DNA from: Eledone cirrhosa
Taxonomy: Eukaryota
Direction: 5' to 3'
Assembly (NCBI GenBank): GCA_964016885.1
Contig: OZ024742.1
Coordinates: 78,430,001-78,494,000, forward strand
DNA length: 64,000 nt
Position numbers and translations under genes: made by a program. The first letter of the stretch is position 1. Every line of letters begins with the position of its first letter. The notes beneath the pieces are model-generated. The model did not search any database. It saw nothing but the letters and a program-made list of their open reading frames with translations, and had not been told where the DNA came from. Below are positions 50,084 through 64,000 of this stretch, piece by piece.

Positions 50084-50181
50084 GAATACATGTATATATA
50101 TATGAATACATGTATATATATATGAATACATGTATATATATATGAATACATGTATATATATGAATACATGTATATATAAGA

Positions 50182-50257
<76 letters not shown>
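49653..50257. repeat. Compound (TA)n microsatellite with higher-order units
   Basis: Direct reading. Confidence 0.95.
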
Positions 50258-50259
<2 letters not shown>

Positions 50260-50467
50260 CGTTTCTGAATTTGTTTAGCAAGATTCTTTATCTGAAAACG
50301 TGTGTTGAAACCGATATTGTTATACTTTGGGAGGGTCATGTTGCCAATAAGAAACACACGCACCAGTTGCTTTCACTTCAATTTATTATAATAAATTTAT
50401 AAATTTAGGAATTTATAAATTTCCGGTTGGTTGGTTGGTTCCACAACCAGATGGTTGTTTATATATT

Positions 50468-50510
50468 GTCAAAGTTCTTTCGTCACACATTCTGTGACCT
50501 CTTCAGTGAC
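50468..50510 (-). ncRNA. Minimal type-I hammerhead ribozyme
   Basis: gtca CTGAAGA g gtcaca gaatg tgtgac GAAA gaac TT tgac. Confidence 0.75.
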
Positions 50511-50709
50511 TGGGATTCTTTTCTTTGTTTTTGTGCCCCTCCTTTGTTCTGTGCTACGCCATCTTGTTTCTGTGTGTGTGTTGTGTGCGCAGTCTGCGCA
50601 TGTGCCACATCCGGATGTCTGTGTGTGTTTATATTTCTTTATTTATTTGTTTATTTACATGTTACAGGTTGGTTTTTGTTCTATGTGCGTGTGTGTTTTT
50701 ATTTTGTCC

Positions 50710-51768
50710 TTAATTGTAAGTTGTGATGTTGCTGTTCCACTCATATTTTCTATTTAATTTTGGTTGTAATTCTTTTATGTTTATTGCCTCTGTGATTTGT
50801 CTAAACATTGCGTCTTTTCTGTGTGTAGATTCTATTTTTATTTCTATGTTCTCTAATTTACCCTTATGTTCTATTTTAGCATGTTGGTAGAGTACAGATG
50901 ATTCTTTACTATCTTGAAGGTCTCGCCAGTGTTCATTTATCCGTTCCCCTACACTACGAGCTGACTCACCTATGTACACTATATTTTTGTCTCTACATTG
51001 TCCTTCAGTACATCTTATTCTATATACTACATTTCTAGTTTTACAGTTAACATGGGGGCTTAATTTACAGGTTATATATTTCTTATCTATACAAGGGGGT
51101 CTTTGAAAAGGGTATGTCTTGCTAATAAGTGTTTTTACGGAGGTACCTGGTCTTTCTACTATCTTAATATTGTGCTTATGTTTATCTAGGGCCTTTCTAA
51201 ATTTGTAAGCTAATTCACCTCTAGGGGTTGTATCGATGAACATTACACTCTGGTATTTATTGCTATCATACCATGAGTTTATTCTATTAGCCTTATTCCT
51301 AGCTCTTTCTATTCTATTCCAAAATTTGCTCCTATACAAGGGGCAGGTCCCATTTGTGCCATTATTTACCATTTTTCCCCATTTGGTTCTGGCTCCTCTA
51401 TACACTCTGATTTTATCTCTCTGATTGTAACCAGAGAACTGCATACGATGGATGAAGTGTTGTATGTGTCTCTCTAGTTCTTCGGGGTTGCACATGCGGG
51501 ACACGTTTCTCATTACCCGTACCAAATCCGCAATCAGTATGTTGATTTTGGTATGGTCCGAAACAGCTGAGTTTCGGTGGATCAGATATTTGGAAGTCAT
51601 GGGTTTGCCATAATGGGAATGGAGGATTTGTTTTTTGTTATTAATGGTATCTAACCAGAGCTCTGTGTCTAATACAGGTAATCGATGGTTGGGGTGTTTA
51701 CTTGGGTAGTCTATAGTGACTCTAATACTTTGGTGGATGGAGTTAGCTATTTGCTGGATGCTTTCCAT
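50710..51768 (-). CDS. PLE RT C-terminal region plus GIY-YIG endonuclease (partial)
   Basis: LPVLD, YGKPM, MQFSGY, IKIVERPG, CKTRNVVYRIRC...YIGESARS..ERINEH, RQITEAINI, LNRK. Confidence 0.88.
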   Translation of the reverse strand: MESIQQIANSIHQSIRVTIDYPSKHPNHRLPVLDTELWLDTINNKKQILHSHYGKPMTSKYLIHRNSAVSDHTKINILIADLVRVMRNVSRMCNPEELERHIQHFIHRMQFSGYNQRDKIRVYRGARTKWGKMVNNGTNGTCPLYRSKFWNRIERARNKANRINSWYDSNKYQSVMFIDTTPRGELAYKFRKALDKHKHNIKIVERPGTSVKTLISKTYPFQRPPCIDKKYITCKLSPHVNCKTRNVVYRIRCTEGQCRDKNIVYIGESARSVGERINEHWRDLQDSKESSVLYQHAKIEHKGKLENIEIKIESTHRKDAMFRQITEAINIKELQPKLNRKYEWNSNITTYN

Positions 51769-51851
51769 TGTTTTTCTCTAATTCCTGACATCGCTACGTT
51801 GATGATATAAACATCGTAGTTAAAACACCCCCACTAGAGAACAGTCAGGAA

Positions 51852-52033
51852 TTTCCTGATTTATTATTGCTCCAAGTGTTTACAACATAGGAATTACATC
51901 GTACTCGCAGCATCACTATGGAAACGCCTTGTTGAGTCAAACTTAGCCAAGCGTTGATATCATCCACTACCCGGAGTACCATAACTGGACTACACCAAAG
52001 TGGACTGCATATAACAATTATTTGTTACCCCGT
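51852..52033 (+). repeat. Direct copy of PLE E pLTR tail (matches 56316-56496)
   Basis: tttcctgatttattatt...tatttgttacc.cgtata, with about ten differences. Confidence 0.88.
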
Positions 52034-52807
52034 ATATATATATATATATATAAACCAGGGAAGAAGATTGACATGGTTTGCTATACAAAAAAGGTTTTTA
52101 ATCTCATTGCTGACAATTGTTTCTCTGAACTGGTAGGTCTAGAGATCGCTATTCGCTTGTTTTCACTCGATGAAAAACCGTGCACTTATGGGTTCCACAA
52201 CCCTCGCCAAAAAAATATGGGAACTGAAGGATAACAACACTAACTACAGTATTAACTGGTCGAAGTTGTCGGCTGCTAAAACCTATAGTACAGGTATGTC
52301 CCACTGCGGGCTATGTGATCTAGAACTAATGTATATCCTCAAAAATGTAAAAAGGCTACTTAACAATAAGTTAGAAAGATCTATCTTCTGCAGACATAGA
52401 ATTGCCACTAAATTCATAAGATTCAAACCTCCGTGAATCGAACCAATATAACATAACTTTAAACTAGGATACCCACTACCCTACATAAATCACCACAGAA
52501 ATATACTCATTAAGTACACTCTAGCCTTCACAGTTCTATACCACACAAATGTCTGTAAGTACCTCATCAACCCATAAACTTATTCCTTCTCAGCTGCTGT
52601 CACCACATGATCCTAAATCCAAGAATTTCTCAAATCACTACTACAATGTTTATCTCTTTGCATGTATGTATGTATTTGTACGAGTGTATATTGATGTGCA
52701 TGTATATGTCTATGTACACGTGCGTGTGTATGTATATGTATATGTATGTGTGTATATATGTATATATATATTGTTGTATGGACTGGGAATCGAACTCACA
52801 ACCTCAT

Positions 52808-53047
52808 TGTTGTATGGACTGTTAAATTCGTTTTGTTCGGTTTGCACGTGCTCACACATTTGCATATGGGTCACGTGACCTGGGCAGTCGGTCAACGTTG
52901 GTGTTAAAAACTCGGTCACAGATTACTTACTTACTTTATGTTATTCTGCTACTGCGAGGAGGTGCGTTTTGGTTGTTTCGCAAATTACACAAATTATTTG
53001 ATATAACTCGTTGTGTTTTCTCTGCGAGTACCGAGAGGAATACAACA
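52808..53047 (+). repeat. 5' LTR of gypsy element, followed by a tRNA-Ser-like PBS (~53056-53074)
   Basis: TGTTGTAT...ATACAACA 8-bp terminal inverted repeat; tggcgtcgccgataggatt follows. Confidence 0.8.
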
Positions 53048-53110
53048 GAGTTTACTGGCGTCGCCGATAGGATTTACCTACATTGCCGGGAAATTGTTTA
53101 TCATAAAAAC

Positions 53111-56010
53111 ATGGCGGAACAACAAACAGTGGAGCTAATAAAGTTGTTTATAGAACAGATGGAACAACAAATGCAACAACACAAGAAAGATATGGACACT
53201 CTGATAAAACTGTTTGGTCCTCGAGATTCTGAACAACAGAGTTTATTGGCGTCGCCAGTTGCTTCGACACCAACAGCATTCATCCCACCATTTGCTGCTT
53301 TTGATTCAACAACAGAACTATGGCCTGATTACTGGTCAAGATTCTGCACGTTTGTGGCTCCTAACGCTGTACCCGAGCAACGCATGGCACAAGTGTTCCT
53401 GACTAATCAGACGGCTGCTATCTACAAACAACTTGCAAATCTGGCTGCTCAACAAAATCCGCCTAAGAATATCAACAAGTTGACAATGGACGAAATTGTT
53501 GATTTCATGAAAGAACAGTTCGACCCAAAACTTTTCATTGTAAGAGAACGTTTCAAGTTCTGGAGTGACATGCAACGGAAGCCAGGCGAAACTCTCCAGG
53601 AGCTGGCAGCACGTATACGTCAGGATACAGCTACCTGTGATTTTCCTTCGCTCACAAATCCACAAGATGAAGCTCTAAGACAGAGATTTATATGTTCTGT
53701 CAATAATGAAGCTGTGTTGAAGGCTATTTTCAAGATCAAGGATACAGAACTAGATTTCGCCCGTGCTGTCAAAGTTGCCATCGGGACCGAAGACGCAGCA
53801 AAGGTTGCCAAGGAAACTGTTTACGGTTCCAAAACCAAGCAAGTCTACAAGGTCCAGCAGAACAAGAACAATGGTCCTCGAAAGAACTATCAGCAGTCTT
53901 ATTCCACAGACCAGGAGATGTGCTACCGATGTGGAAAGGCCCACAAAGCGACAGACTTCCCCTTCAAAGAAGCCAAATGTCATTTTTGTGACAAAAAGGG
54001 ACATTTGCAAGCGGTGTGTAGAAAGAAACAACATCAGCAACGTAATCATCGCTCACAGAATTACGTGAAAAGAATCACGAAAGCTGAGCTAGTCAAGGCG
54101 ATCCTTGGTGAAGTTCCCCACGATACTCATAGTTTGAATGTGCCAATAACAATCCAGAACAGACTTTTCACAATGGAATTGGACACAGCTACTACAGGCA
54201 ATTTTGTTTTCTTGTCAGTTTGGAAACAATTAGAAAAACCGAAGCTGCAAGATGTCAAACATCGGTTTGAATCTGCCAGCAAGCACGACCTGCCCGTTCT
54301 GGGAACTTTCATGGGCCAAACCAAGGATCCAACGACCGGTAAACGGAATTCAATACCCTACATCGGCACCAAGATCCCTGATCTTAATTTGCTGGGACGA
54401 AACGCTATCCAGACTCTGGAAATTTCTGTGGACAATGCTCTAGGATTGAAAAGCATAGACAGCCAGGCCAAGAGTGAGGGTGCATAAGTGATGTATCCAA
54501 AGACCTCAAATGAGCCCTATATTTCCATGCAACGAGATTGTCACAACATGTGTGATGAATTCCCAGACCTCTTCAAGCAAGAATTGGGATGTCTTAATGA
54601 CTTCGAACTGGAAGTGAAGTTCAAGTCGGACGCGACACCGGTCTTTCACAAGGCACGCCCGGTCCCGTTTGCTCTTCGTGATGACCTGGCCAAAGGTTAC
54701 GAAGAAGGCATCGCCAAAGGAATCTGGAAGCCAATACAGTTCAACGAATACGGAACGCCAGTGGTACCGATTCGTAAAGCACATACTTCAGGCAACCTGA
54801 AGCCCAAACTACGGATTTGTGGTGACTACTCTGTGGGAATTAATGACCAACTTGCAGATCATCGTCATCCAATGCCACTCCCAGAGGAACTGATGCAGAA
54901 GCTCGGAGGTGGATTCGGATACACAAAGATTGATCTTGCTGATGCCTATAATCAGATCAAGCTGGCTCCAGAAAGTCAACGCAGGCTTGCACTCAGCACT
55001 TACCGTGGGATGCTCCTGCAGGAACGACTCCCTTTCGGAATCAAGTCAGCACCTGGTTACTTTCAGGAGATCATGGAAAACCTGACTCAAGATCTACCTG
55101 GTGTGGCCGTCTTCTAGGGCGACATGCTCGTCAGTGGGAAAGATGCAAACGATCACCTGAACAACCTAAAGTGTCTGCTCACACGTCTGTGCCAGTTTGC
55201 ACTACCCAGTGTGGAATACCTTGGACACACCTTGTCGGCTGAAGGGATCGCGAAGGGATCCAAGGTCGAAGCAGTTTTAAAGATGCCACCTCCAACGAAC
55301 GTCTCAAGCTTGAAGTCTTTCCTGGGTTCAGTTCAGTTCTATCGAAAGTTTATCCCAAACCTGGCCAGCATGGCAGAGCCACTCTATTTCCTTACGAAAA
55401 AAACGACTACTTGGAAGTGGGGAGATGAAGAACAGTCAGCTTTCGATCTGTTGAAAAATGTGCTTTCATCGGATCGAGTTCTGATACACTTCGATCCAAA
55501 CAAAACTTTGAGACTGGCTTGCGACGCGTCAAATGTTGGTATTGGAGCAGTCCTGTTTCATCGCTATCCTGATGGAAGCGAGCGCCCAATATCCAATGTG
55601 TCCAAGACTCTTACTTCTGCACAGCATAACTACGGCAAAATTCAAAAGGAAGCCCTGGCCATCATATTTGGCTTGCAGAAGTTCTATCAGTATCTGTACG
55701 GACATCAGTTTATACTCGTAACTGACCACAAGCCACTGACATCACTGTTCAGTCCGAAGAAAAAGACGCCACTTCTCGCTGCTAACCAACTAGCACGGTG
55801 GGCCCTGTGGCTGAACCAGTTTCGGATATCGGAATCGAATATCGGAAAACAGCGGATCATAGCAATGCAGATGCCCTCAGTCGCTTGCCATTTGGTAATG
55901 ACATCGACTTTGACAGGAAGGAAAATGGTGAAGACATGGACATGGTGTGCGCCATCAAAGCTCTCAGTCTTCAAGTCCAACCTATCGATTCTAACGTCCT
56001 CCGTCTAATG
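53111..56010 (+). pseudogene. Mag-like Ty3/gypsy gag-pro-RT-RNase H with in-frame stops (54485, 55115) and a frameshift; integrase and 3' LTR absent
   Basis: ERFKF...GETLQELAARIR, CYRCGKAH and CHFCDKKGHLQAVC knuckles, ELDTA protease, LRICGDY, KIDLADAYNQI, RLPFGIKSAP, LACDAS..GIGAVL, EALAIIFG, TDHKPL. Confidence 0.92.
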
Positions 56011-56156
56011 TAATGTCACCTAATGTAATGTCAGGGTCTCCTCAAATAATTTATTACTAGCATTGTTGTAATTGTTGTTATTGTTCTAACTGAATGCCAT
56101 TACTACTTCATATAGTAGCCTGTATATTCCTTTCGTGCCTGTATATCCTCTTCATT

Positions 56157-56275
56157 CTCGCATGGTCCGAAGAACTGACTGGTTATAATTTTGTATTGGC
56201 GATCGAGTAACGTGAAAACAAGCGAATAGCGATCTCTAGACCTACCAGTTCAGAGAAACAATTGTCAGCAATGAG
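56157..56275 (+). ncRNA. Hammerhead variant (CCGAAGA core) with expanded (~81 nt) stem II
   Basis: ctcgcatggt CCGAAGA a ctgactggt...accagttcag a GAAA caattg TC agcaatgag; stem I partly decayed. Confidence 0.65.
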
Positions 56276-56544
56276 ATTAAAAACCTTTTTTGTATAGCAA
56301 ACCATGTCAATCTTCTTTCCTGATTTATTATTACTCCAAGTGTTTACAACATAGGAATTACAGCATACTCGCAACATCACTATGAAAACGCCTTGTTGAG
56401 TCAAGCCAAGCCAAGCGTTGATATCATCCACTACCCGGAATACCATAACTGGACTACACCTAAGTGGACTGCATATAACTATTATTTGTTACCACGTATA
56501 TATATATATGTATGTGTGTATATATATATATGTATGAGATATAT

Positions 56545-56964
56545 ATATATATATGGGAGAGATGACCCCTTAGCCTTTGTCAAGGCAGAATTCTAGGAGA
56601 AGGACAACTCTGATATAACACCTGCAACCCTGATGGTATCCAATGATGTTGACTTGTTCTTCTTTTTGGTAAATATCATCTTGGTTAAGAGAGTGGGACT
56701 GGCTTTGTGCAGTGCCTTTGCTCACTATAAAAGCTTCACGGCACAGGCATTGCTTTATATCTGGAGATCTCTCTGCATTTGTCGTCACATGGTACCATGG
56801 GCCCAGCACTATGTGTCAATAATTGTCACAAGTGTAGTGTTTGTACCAGAGCTTTCAAGTCGCTGGCTGGACTAAAAAGTCACACTCGTTCAGCGCATCA
56901 GTAGGGGTTCTCCTACATGGATATAAAGTAGTGGCCGTACTCGAAAACGAGTTGGCAGCCACCA
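56545..56964 (+). mobile_element. Bipartite non-autonomous RTE derivative (5' UTR piece plus C2H2 finger and 3' end)
   Basis: ctaggagaaggacaactctga (RTE 5'-UTR-type motif); [22 protein letters not shown] then a short 3' UTR with hairpin actcgaaaacgagt; TA flanks. Confidence 0.65.
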
Positions 56965-62161
<5,197 letters not shown>

Positions 62162-62289
62162 TTTAGAAACACACAGATACATGCGGACGCACACATATAT
62201 ACATGAATGCATCCGCACCCAACTGTGAGTTAAGGGTGCCAACTTCACCGATGTTGCTCAATGAATGACTGGGACAGACCAATTCAGTT

Positions 62290-63585
62290 TGAACCAGACT
62301 GAACCAGTATCAGAGTTAAAAATACATTATGAAGAGAGAAGAAACATTTAGATATAATTAGTAATAAAATGTATCATACCTAAACTGTTCCTAAATTCCT
62401 CGACTACGTAGTTTCGTGGCATAAACAAAAACAATATATCAAAGATATAGAGTCCTTGCGAGGTCTGCCGACTTATCAAGAGGATACCTCATTTTACTAG
62501 TCTCAAGAACGCGTCTACACGACGTGAGAAAGAATCTCAAAAGGCGGAGGGGGAGATAGTCACGCGATATAACGGTCGAGAAACAGAGCTAAGCCTCTTA
62601 TAACCACGAAGAAAATACCACGGAGGCGGAGGGGGTATTCATATCGAGGCCGTAGAAGATATAGAAACCCCAGAGTTACCTCCCCGCATGCATTAACTCC
62701 CCTTAGCCACACACACACTTCCGGTATTCAATGGCGTTTCTCGAAACGTAACAACCTCCTGTATCGAACTAAAGAACACCAGACTACGATCTCTAACTGG
62801 ATTGTCGTGGATTATGTGAAAGGCATATAATCGAAATATACACTCCCTTGACCATGAAAATGCCGAAGTACATGAATTACTTGACATCCCTGCGCTGTGC
62901 ATCTCCAATACTTATAACACTTTTAATGCTTGCACTATCTTTAATGCTTATAATATTTCTCCACACACAGACTATATCAATCATATAAAGACTTTGCCAC
63001 CAGATCTACCAACCTAACACTCTTATTTACCTACCTAAGTGCCTCTACCACACATATCTCTCTGCCACACTATATAAACAAGACGCACATGCGTGCCACA
63101 CATATAACATTTGCACTATATAACCACTTATCTTCATGTTGTACTTTAACCTATATCTTTGATTTTTGATTGTACCTATTAATATAAATGTAATCTCGAA
63201 GTGTGTACTGCCACTCTAAATTCTGTAATGAATGTTGACCCACAATGTTTGAATATGTATCAATGTTTGAATATGTATTGGTATGTCTCTCGGCTGAAAA
63301 GGAGGTCATATAACTGTCCATGCATTAATAAATTGCTCCGAAGAATCCAAACCTCGGTTTGGAGGAAACAGCTGTAAGCACAATAATGTTTTGAACAGTT
63401 CTTTGATTCTTATATTTCATATAACTGCTCTGTAAATCATCTGATGTTTTTACATTGAGCTACTTAACTTACTGGTAATAAGGTAGTAATACATTACTGC
63501 CTACCACTATTTAGGGTGTGTGTAAAATACTTACAACTGCTTAAGGTTTTGTGTTTACATAACCATAAATAGTATAACTAATACT
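62290..63585 (+). mobile_element. HHR-terminated element with a decayed unidentified ORF
   Basis: Homology to 48905-49645; HHR at 63334-63380; ends in (TA)n. The 5' boundary is uncertain. Confidence 0.65.
63334..63380 (+). ncRNA. Hammerhead variant with CCGAAGA core
   Basis: tgct CCGAAGA a tccaaac ctcg gtttgga g GAAA cagctg TA agca. Confidence 0.72.
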
Positions 63586-63590
63586 ATATG

Positions 63591-63697
<107 letters not shown>

Positions 63698-63768
63698 ATA
63701 TATATATATATATGTATATATATGTATATATGTATATATATATATATATGTATATATATGTATATATG

Positions 63769-63842
<74 letters not shown>

Positions 63843-63852
63843 AATATATATG

Positions 63853-63890
<38 letters not shown>

Positions 63891-63891
<1 letters not shown>

Positions 63892-64000
63892 CATCATCAT
63901 CATCATCATCAACGTTTAACGTCCGTGTTCCACGCTTGCATGGGTTTGGACGGGGGTAGTCCCACTTGAGGCAAGAGTGATTGTCTTGCTCGCATAGGAC
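63891..64000 (-). mobile_element. RTE family A 3' end (runs off the window), abutting (TA)n
   Basis: Matches 32352-32460. Confidence 0.92.

Larger units (their letters stand above)
50258..51780 (-). mobile_element. PLE D (a lineage distinct from A and C), 5'-truncated, with pLTR HHR
   Basis: 352-aa RT-thumb plus GIY-YIG ORF; 3' UTR with HHR; ends in (TA)n. Confidence 0.9.
52056..56496 (+). mobile_element. PLE E (related to A), 5'-truncated with inverted pLTR piece (52056-52166 is the reverse complement of 56212-56322), interrupted by a gypsy element
   Basis: GIY-YIG C-terminus at 52170-52436 (TTLAKKIWELKD...CGLCDLE...LLNNKLER..CRHR). The 3' UTR resumes at ~56032 with an HHR. Confidence 0.85.

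Noticed and set aside
54485-54487. Programmed gag-pol read-through in the gypsy element
   Set aside because: The stop lies after the protease, and a second stop destroys the RT catalytic motif (VF*GD), so decay is the simpler explanation.

Overview
AT-rich, microsatellite-saturated animal DNA. An octopus or other cephalopod origin is my inference from the repeat landscape; nothing here proves it. No host protein-coding gene can be supported, and the many poly-(Tyr-Ile) ORFs are translations of (TA)n. The window is a nest of retroelements, most inserted into (TA)n tracts. These are: at least 7 Penelope-like element (PLE) copies or relics, one with an uninterrupted 645-aa RT+GIY-YIG ORF; a near full-length RTE-clade LINE with many 5'-truncated copies; a truncated Mag-like Ty3/gypsy element nested in a PLE; and two tRNA-derived SINE families. 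Two Tc2-like MITEs and a non-autonomous Helitron are also present. The most notable signal is at RNA level. About ten type-I hammerhead ribozyme (HHR) motifs can be read by eye, most with palindromic stem III. Three have an 80-115 nt expanded stem II and three have a CCGAAGA core. A series of short fold-back elements turn in or next to HHR stem II, including two that contain only the 3' half of a hammerhead. There is also a retrozyme-like direct-repeat unit carrying a tRNA-like fold, and an HHR-ended element with an unidentified decayed ORF. All calls were made by manual reading and boundaries are approximate.
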